Assembly: GCA_965200245.1 (NCBI GenBank)
Contig: CBDATS010000004.1
Span: 32,001 to 96,000, forward strand
DNA from: a bacterium
GTDB taxonomy: Bacteria > UBA8248
DNA length: 64,000 nucleotides
Direction: 5' to 3'
Shown here: piece after piece, positions 54,937 through 64,000 of the stretch
How the letters are laid out: each line of letters opens with the position of its first letter
Position numbering within the stretch: position 1 is the stretch's first letter
Program-made: the position numbers and the translations under genes
The notes under the pieces: model-generated
What the model saw: only the letters and a program-made list of their open reading frames with translations
Databases searched by the model: none
Told to the model about the DNA's origin: nothing

Positions 54937-57207
54937 TTACTGCCTGGCTTCTTCTATCGCCTCAAGTACGCGCTCCGGGCTGATGGGCAGGGATCGTATC
55001 CGCGCGCCGCCCGTAGCGTGATAGATGGCGTTGCAAATCGCCGCCGTTATCGGGTTTATCGCCACCTCGGCCAGTCCCTTCGCTCCATAGGGACCGTAGG
55101 GGTCCATGGATTCGAAGAAATCGTGCTCTATCGGCGGGGCGTCCATCGAAGTGGCAATCAGGTAGTCGTGAAAATTTTTCCCGCGCAGATGCCCTTCCAG
55201 CGGTGCCAGACCCTCCATCATCCCGTAACTCATGCCCTGAACAGCACCGCCCTCGACTTGCCCCTCGGCGCCCAGCCTGTTGATCACCCGGCCCGGATCG
55301 TGACCGCAACAAATCCGCAAGACGGTGACGACTCCCGTCTCCATGTCCACTTCCACCTCTGCCGCGTGGGTGCTGAAGGAATACGTGGTCGAGGGATTCC
55401 CGTATTTTTCCTTATCGAGAACCTCTCCTCCGGCCAGCCACTTTCCGTTGCCCTCGATCACACTCCCCGCACGCCTGACAACCTCGCCTACCGTCATCTT
55501 CCGTTCGGGGAGAGCCTTCGCCCGGACTTCTCCCTCGATGATTTCAAGCTCATCCGCAGGGATTTCCATACATTCCGACGCCGCATCCAGAAGGTTCTTG
55601 CGCGCGTCTTCCGCAGCGAGCTTCACGGCGTTGCCGCCAATCAGGGTGATGCGGCTCGCGAACGCTCCCATACCGAAAGGCATGTAACCCGTATCCGTGG
55701 GAGGCACTTTGAACTGGCCCACGGGAATTCCCATGACTTCGGAGGCAATAAAGGCCAATACGCTCGTCGCCCCCTGGCCCAAATCCGACTCGCCCGACCA
55801 TATCTCGACCTTGCCTTCCGTATCTACACGCACCACGCCACTCGACGGGTCGGTGTCATCAGGCCCCAATTCCACGGAAAAGCCTTTGTTCCCCGATACA
55901 TGAATGCAACTGGCGAGACCCACGCCGCGCCCCTTTCCTCCCTGTGCACGCTTCGCTTTCCAGTCCATCTCCTCAACCACGTATCTGGTGGCGTCCGCTA
56001 CAGCGCAACTTGCGATTTTCCAGCCGTGGATCGAGACATCGCCCGTTTTTGTATAGTTTTTGAGGCGTAGATCGGCCGGATCCAGACCCAAACTGTCGGC
56101 TACGTTGTCCAGATGGCTCTCCCAGGCGTAGGTCGCCTGCACGTTGCCGAACCCCCGCATCTGACCCGAGGGGATGATGTTCGTATAGACGAGTTTTCCC
56201 TGGATTTCGGCGGCGGGCGTCTTGTAGAGATTGTCCGTCCTGAGCGCGATGGAACTCATGATGGCCGGGGAGAGCGAACTGTAGGCTCCGTTTTCCGCCA
56301 CGATCCTGACGCGCTTGCCCGCGAGCGTCCCATCGCGTTTCCACGCAGACTCCAGGGAGATATGTACCGGCATCCTCGGACGCATGGCGATCAAGTCTTC
56401 TTCGAGGCTCATTATGAACCTGACCGGTTTTTCCGTCGCCCGGCTCAGCATTGCCGCCATGAGAGCTGCCTTTACGTCCAGTTTTCCGCCGAAGGCGCCG
56501 CCGGGTTTGGTTTGCGTCACGCGAAAATCATCGAAGGACATGCCCATGACGGGCGCCAGCATGAAGGTGCGAATCAGGAAAACCGACTGCAGACATCCCC
56601 ATATGGAGATTTTCCCGTCCGGATGCCACTTTGCGGCGCAACCCGTGGGTTCGATATAGGCCTGATGGGCAAGATGGGTATGAAATTCATCCGCGAACGC
56701 AGCATCCGCCGTATGAAACGCGTTGTCTATTTCACCTCGTTTGAGGTGAAACTCGTTCGCAATGTTGCCGGCAACGGATGCATGGACAAGAGGCGCGTCA
56801 GGCTCCATCGCGACGAAAGGATCCGCGACCGTGGGCAGCAGTTCATAATCCACGCGAATCAGCGAAAGCGCCTCGCGCGCCGTATCCTCGTCGACGGCCG
56901 CCACGGCGGCGACCTCGTCTCCCACATAACGGACCTTCTCACGGCAGAACGCGGTTTCATCCTTTTGATTGATGCCGAATGGCGCGTCGGGCGTGTTGTT
57001 CCTCGAAAGAACGGCGGCGACACCCGGCAAGCGTTCCGCATCCGAGGCGTCGATGTTCAATATCCTGGCGTGAGGATGGGGACTTCGCAGGGCCATACCG
57101 GTGAGGGCATCCGGAAGATCCAGATCGTTGATGAATATCGTCGCACCCGAGACTTTCTCCACGGCGTCGATAATGGGATGAGGCCGGCCGACGACGCGCG
57201 TGCTCAT
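54937..57207 (-). CDS. Xanthine dehydrogenase-family molybdopterin subunit
   Basis: LRSPHPHARI, GGAFGGK, QMRGFG, GQVEGG, PYGAKGLAE. Confidence 0.92.
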   Translation of the reverse strand: MSTRVVGRPHPIIDAVEKVSGATIFINDLDLPDALTGMALRSPHPHARILNIDASDAERLPGVAAVLSRNNTPDAPFGINQKDETAFCREKVRYVGDEVAAVAAVDEDTAREALSLIRVDYELLPTVADPFVAMEPDAPLVHASVAGNIANEFHLKRGEIDNAFHTADAAFADEFHTHLAHQAYIEPTGCAAKWHPDGKISIWGCLQSVFLIRTFMLAPVMGMSFDDFRVTQTKPGGAFGGKLDVKAALMAAMLSRATEKPVRFIMSLEEDLIAMRPRMPVHISLESAWKRDGTLAGKRVRIVAENGAYSSLSPAIMSSIALRTDNLYKTPAAEIQGKLVYTNIIPSGQMRGFGNVQATYAWESHLDNVADSLGLDPADLRLKNYTKTGDVSIHGWKIASCAVADATRYVVEEMDWKAKRAQGGKGRGVGLASCIHVSGNKGFSVELGPDDTDPSSGVVRVDTEGKVEIWSGESDLGQGATSVLAFIASEVMGIPVGQFKVPPTDTGYMPFGMGAFASRITLIGGNAVKLAAEDARKNLLDAASECMEIPADELEIIEGEVRAKALPERKMTVGEVVRRAGSVIEGNGKWLAGGEVLDKEKYGNPSTTYSFSTHAAEVEVDMETGVVTVLRICCGHDPGRVINRLGAEGQVEGGAVQGMSYGMMEGLAPLEGHLRGKNFHDYLIATSMDAPPIEHDFFESMDPYGPYGAKGLAEVAINPITAAICNAIYHATGGARIRSLPISPERVLEAIEEARQ

Positions 57208-57701
57208 AAGTCGCCTCCCTGGTTCATCTGCCGGGCGGCGGCTGAGACCGCCTCGAAAATCTTTTTGTATCCCGTGCAGCGGCAAAGATTTCCCGCGAGG
57301 CCGCGCTGTATATCCTCGCGTGTTGGCGCGGGGTTTTCATCCAAGAGCGCCTTCGCGGATACGACTATCCCGGGCGTGCAAAAACCACACTGCACGCCTC
57401 CTTTCTCGATGAGCTGCTCCTGAATCGAATGGAGGTTATCCTCTGTTCCGATGCCGCGTACGGTGGTGATCTCGGAACCATCCGCCTGCGCGGCGAACAT
57501 GAGACAGGCGTTCACCGCTACGTCGTCGAGCAATATTGCGCAGGCACCACAATCGCCGCCCTCGCAGCTTAGCTTCACCTCTACATAGCCAATGCGTCTT
57601 AACGCGCGCAGGAGCGTTTCATCTCCTCGCACAGAGAGGGATTCCTCTTTCCCGTTCACGCGCAACCTTATTTCATACTTGCCCATCGTCTTCTCTGCCA
57701 A
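57204..57701 (-). CDS. (2Fe-2S) subunit of molybdo-hydroxylase
   Basis: [25 protein letters not shown]. Confidence 0.93.
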   Translation of the reverse strand: MAEKTMGKYEIRLRVNGKEESLSVRGDETLLRALRRIGYVEVKLSCEGGDCGACAILLDDVAVNACLMFAAQADGSEITTVRGIGTEDNLHSIQEQLIEKGGVQCGFCTPGIVVSAKALLDENPAPTREDIQRGLAGNLCRCTGYKKIFEAVSAAARQMNQGGDL

Positions 57702-57716
57702 AATGAAAAACTCCCA

Positions 57717-58571
57717 TCACACGACAGCAGTCTCCGGGATACCCAGCGCTTTCTTCAACAAGCGGCGAACCAGAACGCCGCACATCTTCTTTCGATACGC
57801 CGCACTCGCCCTTACGTCGTCGATGGGCCGAGCGCTTTCTGCCGCTGCTGCCGCCGCTGCCTCGATTTCCGCCTCTCCGATTTCCCTGCTGCGTAGATGT
57901 GCCTCTGCGTCGTGCGCGCGATATGGAATCGCGGCCACAGACCCAAGACCGATGGCAGCCTCAGCGCAAACGTCTCCTTTCATGCGAAGGGTGATCGCCA
58001 CACCCAAAACGGCGATGGCCATCGCACGCCTGAGCTGAAGTTTGTAATACGCACAACGATCTTCCGGCCCCAGGGGTGGAACGACGATGGCCGTAACGAG
58101 TTCATCCGGTCGTGCAGCCGTTTTTCGGTAGTCCAGGAAGAATTCCGAAAGTGCCATGGCGCGTTCCCCCTCCACCGAGGCCAATTCGACGACGGCGTCT
58201 TGCGCCAACAGGGGGGGAGCCAAATCGGCTGCGGGAGATGCGTCCATGAGATTGCCCGCCACGCTCGCCCGGTTTCTGACCAATGGACCTGCGAATTCGA
58301 GAGCGCTCTCGTACAAAGGGGAGGCCGCCGTGCGGATCAAATCGGATTCCAGTAAATCCGTGACCGTCGCCAGCGCCCCGATCCTGATTTTTCCGTTCGC
58401 CTCTTCAATGAAACGGAGTTCATCCAGGCGGCTGATGTCCACCGCGCGACTTATTTTCTTGCGCCTGAAAAGCACGTCCGGCACGAGGTTTGTGCCGCCC
58501 GCAACGAAAGTAGCCCCATCGCGCGCAGCGGCCAGCGCTTCCTCCACACTTTTTGCGCGTACAAATTCCAT
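57717..58571 (-). CDS. FAD-binding subunit of molybdo-hydroxylase
   Basis: VAGGTNL, VRNRASVAGNLMDASPAAD, PIDDVRASAAYR. Confidence 0.92.
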   Translation of the reverse strand: MEFVRAKSVEEALAAARDGATFVAGGTNLVPDVLFRRKKISRAVDISRLDELRFIEEANGKIRIGALATVTDLLESDLIRTAASPLYESALEFAGPLVRNRASVAGNLMDASPAADLAPPLLAQDAVVELASVEGERAMALSEFFLDYRKTAARPDELVTAIVVPPLGPEDRCAYYKLQLRRAMAIAVLGVAITLRMKGDVCAEAAIGLGSVAAIPYRAHDAEAHLRSREIGEAEIEAAAAAAAESARPIDDVRASAAYRKKMCGVLVRRLLKKALGIPETAVV

Positions 58572-58647
58572 TACCGACCCTGCTCTGAAAATTCCGTCTT
58601 GCCGGGTGCTGCTTTCACCCGGCACTCACCCGAAAGCGCTTCGCGAA

Positions 58648-59445
58648 TCATGGCCGGATGTCCGATTCAATCTGCATTCCCGTCGCCAGGGCGTTGAAAC
58701 TGTTGTAGTGATCCACCACCCCGAGAATCTCAAGGATTCGCCCGGGATCCCAGCCCAGATTCACCAGATAAGTATGAAAATACCGTATGAAATACTTCGA
58801 TCCATTCGTGGCACTCACGCCGAAACCAACCGCTGCTTTGGCCTGAATCTCGAGAACGCCCCCATCGAGCATGAGCTTGTGCTTGTTCCAGGTCGATTCG
58901 AAATAATGCCGATTTCGTGCCAGTAAACGCCAGTAGATCGGAACGCCTCCTGATCCACGACGCGCAGATTCCACCTCCGCCACGTCATTCAACAACTCTT
59001 GCACGACCGGGTCGGAATCCGCCTCTTCCGGATAGGGGAGAAGGGGGGGTGTATCCTCATCGTCCAGTAACAGTCCAGAGGCGACCTTGTTCATCCCCGT
59101 GACATGATCCGTCAAACCGATCAATTCCGTGATCCCCACCTCTTCGACTCCCATCCGCATGACCGCGGCGATGTGCGAATCAATTCAGTATTCACACGCA
59201 TTGACGATGGAAACCGCCGAGGCAACCATCTCCTTCACCAGGGGAGGGACATCCCCGCGCTGCATCGTGGCTCGTGAGCGCTCCCAACTCGCCCTGATGT
59301 ACTCGGGGTGATGTGTCATGGAGCGCCAAATGTTCGATAGCGTATCGATGCCAAAAACACGCTTCTCGCGCATTTTGACACGCTCTACGATTTCGCGTGC
59401 CGCTTCGGGCACCTCGTTATCGGCCAACAGGCGGATTGTCGTCAT
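58648..59445 (-). CDS. Two-domain AhpD/CMD-family selenoprotein (Sec at TGA 59185-59187)
   Basis: KEMVASAVSIVNACEY[TGA]IDSH matches the AhpD CxxC..H motif; the downstream ORF is in the same frame; SECIS-like hairpin follows. Confidence 0.85.
59144..59184 (-). promoter_or_regulatory. Bacterial SECIS-like element
   Basis: After UGA: lower stem UUGAUUC/GAGUCGA, upper stem CAU..CCGC/GCGG-AUG, apical loop GGUCAU starting 20 nt after the UGA. Confidence 0.75.
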
Positions 59446-59473
59446 ACAACCCCCAACAGCCTGGGTCAGGAAA

Positions 59474-60682
59474 CTATCTCGGATACCTGAACTTCGCGTT
59501 CGCCACGCTCTTCGGCCCCACCGTCTTGCGTTTTCCGTCCTGCACCTGGAACAAGACGATGGCGCTCGCTGCATTCATGTTGCGCTTGTCGAACTTAACG
59601 GGACCGAAGAAAGTCTGCAGATTGATGTTCGCAATCGCGTCGCGGACCTTCTTCTTGTCCAGCGTTCCCGCCTTCTCGATGGCCTTCTGTGCGACGATAC
59701 CCGCGGCCGTCGAAGCCGCGGCGACGTAATCAGGCTCCTGTTTGAACTTGACACGCCAGATCTTGCCGAAATCGCGCGCCGTGCCGATGAATTCGCCCTT
59801 GTAATCGAGTGCCTCTCCCCACCAGGCGGCGGTCAGGATATTATTGGCCGTGGCGCCGAGCGATTCGGTGAACTGCGCATAGACCGGACCCACCATGGTG
59901 AACAGGATTTTGGGCTTCACTCCCAACTCGTTCGCCTGCTTGGTGGCGAGCAGCGTGTCGGGAAGGTAGCCGGCCACCATGAGCACATCCGGATTCTTGC
60001 CCTTCACGATCGTGAGCCAGGTGGACATGTCCTTCGAGTCTTTCGGAAATTCGGCGTAGTACACATCCGAGAAACCTTGCTTTTTCGCCGCTGCCCTGAC
60101 CATCTTCGTGACGGCGCGCGGAAAGAAGTCGTTTCGCGTCACGAAAGCGATGGTCTTCGGCATTGGTTTTTGCTCTTTCAGGAGCGTAAGGAAGTTGTTC
60201 GGCAAATACGCATTCGGTGCAAGAAGACCGAAGAGGTATTTGTAACCCTGGTCGAAGATCGGCTCCGAACTCGCCACGGGCGCAATGAGGGGCACCTGAT
60301 AACGCTCCGTGATCGCGGCGACGGATTTCGTCGCCCCGCTTCCGAACGGGCCTAGCAGGAGGTCCACCTTTTCCTTGGTAATGAGCCGCTGGGCGAGCTT
60401 GGTGGCCGTCGGCGTCTTGCTCTCGTAGTCGTAGTAGACGATCTTCACCTTCATCTTCTTGCCGCCTACGTTGATGCCACCCGCCTTGTTCACGCGCTCG
60501 CGCCAGATTTCATAGCCTGCCTGCTGTTTTTTCCCCTCGGTGGCGAGGGGCCCGGTGAGCGGTAAGGCGGCACCGAACTTGATCTCCGCTGCCTGGACGC
60601 CTTCCAGCCCCTGCAGGCCCGTCACGCCGAAAGAAACAAACAAGACTACTGCGAAGAGAAACAACAAATTCCGTCTTCTCAT
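59474..60682 (-). CDS. Branched-chain amino acid-type ABC substrate-binding protein
   Basis: Signal peptide, FGAALPLTGPLA, VNKAGGI, LLGPFGSG, TFFGPVKFD. Confidence 0.9.
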   Translation of the reverse strand: MRRRNLLFLFAVVLFVSFGVTGLQGLEGVQAAEIKFGAALPLTGPLATEGKKQQAGYEIWRERVNKAGGINVGGKKMKVKIVYYDYESKTPTATKLAQRLITKEKVDLLLGPFGSGATKSVAAITERYQVPLIAPVASSEPIFDQGYKYLFGLLAPNAYLPNNFLTLLKEQKPMPKTIAFVTRNDFFPRAVTKMVRAAAKKQGFSDVYYAEFPKDSKDMSTWLTIVKGKNPDVLMVAGYLPDTLLATKQANELGVKPKILFTMVGPVYAQFTESLGATANNILTAAWWGEALDYKGEFIGTARDFGKIWRVKFKQEPDYVAAASTAAGIVAQKAIEKAGTLDKKKVRDAIANINLQTFFGPVKFDKRNMNAASAIVLFQVQDGKRKTVGPKSVANAKFRYPR

Positions 60683-60778
60683 GACCTGCCTCCTCAGTGG
60701 TTGAGTGTTACCCTTCCGTTGCCGATTCTCTCACGATATTCACACAAATTGGTTACAGACAGATTAAACGAAACCGCG

Positions 60779-61519
60779 CTAAATGCCCAGGTACGCCTTT
60801 TTCACCTGCGGATTCGCCAGAAGCTCATCCGAGGTGCCGGAGATCGTCACGCGACCGGTTTCAAAAACGTACGCCCGGTTCGCGAGTTCGAATGCCGTGA
60901 GCACGTCCTGTTCCACCAGGATAACGGCGACACCCTCCTCGTTGATCTGCCTTACGAAACCGCACAACTCCTCCACCAGCCTGGGCGCGAGGCCCAGGGA
61001 GAGTTCGTCGATCAAGAGCAGCCTGGGACGCGCCATCAGACCCCGGGCTATCGCGCACATCTGCTGCTCGCCGCCGGACATGCTTCCTGCAAGCTGCGAT
61101 TTTCTCTCCGCCAATCGCGGAAAAAATCCGTATACCCTCTCTAAATCCGCCGCCAGTTCCTGGTCGGCCATTTTCCGGGCGTAGGCGCCCATCAGAAGGT
61201 TCTCCTCCACGCTCATTGCGGCGAACAGCCTGCGGCCCTCGGGCACATGGGAAATCCCTTTGGAGACGATACCCTCAGGCGCCATTCCTCCAATGGATTC
61301 GCCATCGAGTTTCACCTCGCCCTCCTGGTGGGGCAGCACCCCCGAAAGCATTCGCAGGAACGTGGATTTTCCCACACCGTTGCTGCCGACGATGGCGACA
61401 ATCTCCCCTTTGCGTACGTTCAGATCGATGCCCCAAAGAACCTGCACATCGCCATAACCTCCCGCCAGGCCGCGCACTTCGAGGAAGCTCGCATCGCTGC
61501 GGGATTCACCTGTCGTCAC
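60779..61519 (-). CDS. livF: Liv-type ABC ATPase
   Basis: GSNGVGKST, VPEGRRLF, MSGGEQQM, DELSLGLAP. Confidence 0.92.
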   Translation of the reverse strand: MTTGESRSDASFLEVRGLAGGYGDVQVLWGIDLNVRKGEIVAIVGSNGVGKSTFLRMLSGVLPHQEGEVKLDGESIGGMAPEGIVSKGISHVPEGRRLFAAMSVEENLLMGAYARKMADQELAADLERVYGFFPRLAERKSQLAGSMSGGEQQMCAIARGLMARPRLLLIDELSLGLAPRLVEELCGFVRQINEEGVAVILVEQDVLTAFELANRAYVFETGRVTISGTSDELLANPQVKKAYLGI

Positions 61520-62289
61520 GCCTGGGACTCCTTATCCAGCTTTTTCATCATCGTAACGTATTTTTCGCCCAAATATGCCTTGATTACCTGCTCGTCGCTT
61601 GTCACCTCGCGCGGCGGACCTTCCGCAATCTTCTCCCCGTGGTGCAGGACGACGACACGATCCGAGAGGTCTGTAATCACCTTCATCAAATGTTCGATCA
61701 CCAGTATGGTGACGCCCTGCTCTCTCACCTTGTAGATGAGGGAGATGGCATTCTCAATTTCCTTCGTGTTGAGACCCGCATTCACCTCATCGAGAAGCAG
61801 CACCTCCGGTTCCGTGGCCAGGGATTTGGCGAATTCGAGGCGTTTTCTCTCGGCAAGCGTGAGTTGGGAAGCGAGTTGCGCGGCCTTATTGCTCAACCCC
61901 ACGAACGCCAGCATCTCATCGGCGAGTTCCTGGGCACGCCTCACCTCCTTTTTCGACTGTTGGGAGCCGAACAGCGCGCCCATCACGACGTTCTCGCGTA
62001 CCGCGAGGCCGGCGAAAGGCTGGACGATCTGAAATGTCCGGGCGATTCCCTTGCGCGTGATGGTATGTGGCTTCAAGGTTTCGATGCGTTCGCCCCGAAA
62101 GAGAATTTCGCCCTCGTTCGCCGGATCGAGGCCCGTAATGCAATTGAGCAGAGTCGTCTTTCCCGCGCCGTTGGGGCCGATGACGCCCAGGATTTCCCCC
62201 TTGCGGACGGTGAAATCCACCGCCGATACGGCGGTGAGACCGCCGAAGCGCTTCGTGACGCGCCTGCCTTCCAGAAGTGTTTCGCTCAC
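61516..62289 (-). CDS. livG: Liv-type ABC ATPase
   Basis: GPNGAGKTT, GIARTFQ, LLLDE, VIKAYLG. Confidence 0.92.
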   Translation of the reverse strand: MSETLLEGRRVTKRFGGLTAVSAVDFTVRKGEILGVIGPNGAGKTTLLNCITGLDPANEGEILFRGERIETLKPHTITRKGIARTFQIVQPFAGLAVRENVVMGALFGSQQSKKEVRRAQELADEMLAFVGLSNKAAQLASQLTLAERKRLEFAKSLATEPEVLLLDEVNAGLNTKEIENAISLIYKVREQGVTILVIEHLMKVITDLSDRVVVLHHGEKIAEGPPREVTSDEQVIKAYLGEKYVTMMKKLDKESQA

Positions 62290-63269
62290 ACCCTGAACCT
62301 CTGTATGTTGCTCTTAAGAATCACTCCCAACGACCCCCAGCCGCGGCTCTTCACCTCCTGGGCGAGGGTCATCAGGCCGCGCGGGATGAACAAGACGACC
62401 AGTACGATGATGATCCCGAGAAACGCGCTATGAAATTCCGTGAACGCCCCCCACAGGTAATCCGACAGGTATTCCATCATCAACGCGCCCACGAGCGGAC
62501 CCATCACCGTCCCCACGCCGCCAAGCATCGACATCACAATCGCCTTGATGGAATACAAGACGTCAAAAACGTCGATGGGCTCCAGAAACGCAGCCTGGTA
62601 GGCGTACACGCCACCGGCCATCGCAGGGAAAATGGATGAGAGCACGAAGGCGATAATTTTGTACTTCGTCGTATCCACGCCCGTCATGGCAGCCGCGTCC
62701 TCGTTCTCCCGGATGGCGACGAGTCCATAGCCCAGGCGGTGTCTGGTGACGAAGTACTGCGTCAGGATGGCCAACACGGCCACACCGAGCATGGAGAAAT
62801 AGAAAAAGCGCGTGAAGTAATCCGGCCCGCCGGTTATCTGGGGAAGATTGATGCCGTCTCCCCCGCCGGTAATGCGCAGGTTATCCGCCAGTTCGCGAAA
62901 GAATTCCGCCACGCCAAAAGTGGCAATGGCGAAGTAGTGACCCCGCAATCTCAATATGGGAACGCCCAGGGCGAGCGCAACGAGAGCACCCAGGCATGCG
63001 CCGACCCCCAGGGTAAGGAAGAAATTGAAGCCCGCGTTCATCAGGATGGCCGTTGTGTACGCCCCCAGCCCGAAAAAAGCGGCCGGCGCGAAGGAAGGAT
63101 AGCCCGTAAGGCCGCCGATGAAATTCCAGCTCGTCGCCAGGATGGCCACCATCAGAATGTCCATCCACTTTCTGATCTCGTCGTTCTCCACGAAAGAGGG
63201 CAAGAGGATGAGGGCGAACACGCCCACCCCCATGCCGAACCATTGAACGTGGGACCAGGGTCTGAACAT
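62286..63269 (-). CDS. livM: Liv-type ABC permease
   Basis: AFFGLGAY, LRLRGHYFAIAT, AIRENEDAA, LGGVGT. Confidence 0.92.
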   Translation of the reverse strand: MFRPWSHVQWFGMGVGVFALILLPSFVENDEIRKWMDILMVAILATSWNFIGGLTGYPSFAPAAFFGLGAYTTAILMNAGFNFFLTLGVGACLGALVALALGVPILRLRGHYFAIATFGVAEFFRELADNLRITGGGDGINLPQITGGPDYFTRFFYFSMLGVAVLAILTQYFVTRHRLGYGLVAIRENEDAAAMTGVDTTKYKIIAFVLSSIFPAMAGGVYAYQAAFLEPIDVFDVLYSIKAIVMSMLGGVGTVMGPLVGALMMEYLSDYLWGAFTEFHSAFLGIIIVLVVLFIPRGLMTLAQEVKSRGWGSLGVILKSNIQRFRV

Positions 63270-63270
63270 G

Positions 63271-64000
63271 TTATTCGAAACCCTTTCTGCCCAGCAGGCC
63301 CGACGGCTTGATGAAGAGCACGAGAATCAACAGCACGTAGCCGATGGCGTTCTGCAGTCCGGGACCGAGGTAAAGGGCGCCGAAATTCTCGGCAAGCCCC
63401 AGGAGCAGCCCCCCTGCGAGCGCACCCGTGATGTTCCCCAGGCCCCCGATGGTGCAAATGATGAAGGATTTCGAGAGGAATTCCACATCGCTTACCGGCG
63501 ATATGGCGAAACCCACGCTGACCAGAGAACCCGACGTGGCGGCTGCCGCCGCGCCAATTCCATAGGTGATGGCGTAGATTCTGCCGATGTCGACGCCCAT
63601 CAACTGAGCGGAATCCAGATCCATTCTTGTGGCGCGTATCGCCCGACCCGTGCGCGTACGCCCCATGAACCAGAAGAGAATACTCGTGAGAATGACGCCC
63701 AGCACGAATATGGAAATCCGGACGAAGGGAACAGAAAGACCCATGAAGGGGATGGAAAACCCCGCATAGGAGGGCTGTACCGACCTGAAATCGCCGGTGA
63801 AGAAATAGATCGCGAGCCTCACGATGAGCAACTGAAGTCCGAAGGTGAGAATCAGGGACATGAACATGGGCGCACGCACGATCTTGTTGATCAACCCGCG
63901 CTGCACCACGTAGCCCGCACAGAACATGGAGACGGCGGACAATGGAAGGGACAGGAACGGATCCAGTCCGTAGAGCTTGAACATCCAGTATGTGACGTAA
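63271..64000 (-). CDS. livH: Liv-type ABC permease, 5' end outside window
   Basis: TRTGRAIRAT, AQLMGVD, IGGLGNITGA, KPSGLLG. Confidence 0.9.
   Translation of the reverse strand, partial: YVTYWMFKLYGLDPFLSLPLSAVSMFCAGYVVQRGLINKIVRAPMFMSLILTFGLQLLIVRLAIYFFTGDFRSVQPSYAGFSIPFMGLSVPFVRISIFVLGVILTSILFWFMGRTRTGRAIRATRMDLDSAQLMGVDIGRIYAITYGIGAAAAATSGSLVSVGFAISPVSDVEFLSKSFIICTIGGLGNITGALAGGLLLGLAENFGALYLGPGLQNAIGYVLLILVLFIKPSGLLGRKGFE

Overview
GC-rich bacterial window, probably from a host-associated lineage (inferred from an ankyrin remnant, an NHLP precursor and widespread gene decay). (1) 1.8-21.5 kb is a decaying defence island. It holds an AbiE system whose toxin is destroyed, a tightly coupled uncharacterised operon (membrane protein / AdoMetDC-like / DUF3326), HEPN-like genes, and a type I R-M locus. 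Between hsdS and hsdR lies a stack of TA/defence cassettes separated by three degenerate copies of the hsdR 5' end. (2) 21.9-28.5 kb has a cupin, a CoA-transferase and a frameshifted TRAP transporter. (3) 28.5-32.2 kb is a decayed island at the 3' end of tRNA-Leu(TAA). (4) 32-64 kb is metabolic: form II cox-like SLM, a peptide ABC transporter, acyl-CoA enzymes, a second molybdo-hydroxylase operon and a Liv-type ABC transporter. Main findings: a 692-bp non-autonomous element, present twice, with terminal inverted repeats and an 8-bp target duplication on one copy, whose only cargo is an NHLP/proteusin-type RiPP precursor (core AYYDWDDAF); an AhpD/CMD selenoprotein (CxxU plus SECIS-like hairpin) that the ORF track splits in two; the hsdR-remnant cassette array; and the DUF3326/AdoMetDC-like operon. 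All calls come from reading motifs by eye; no database search was run.
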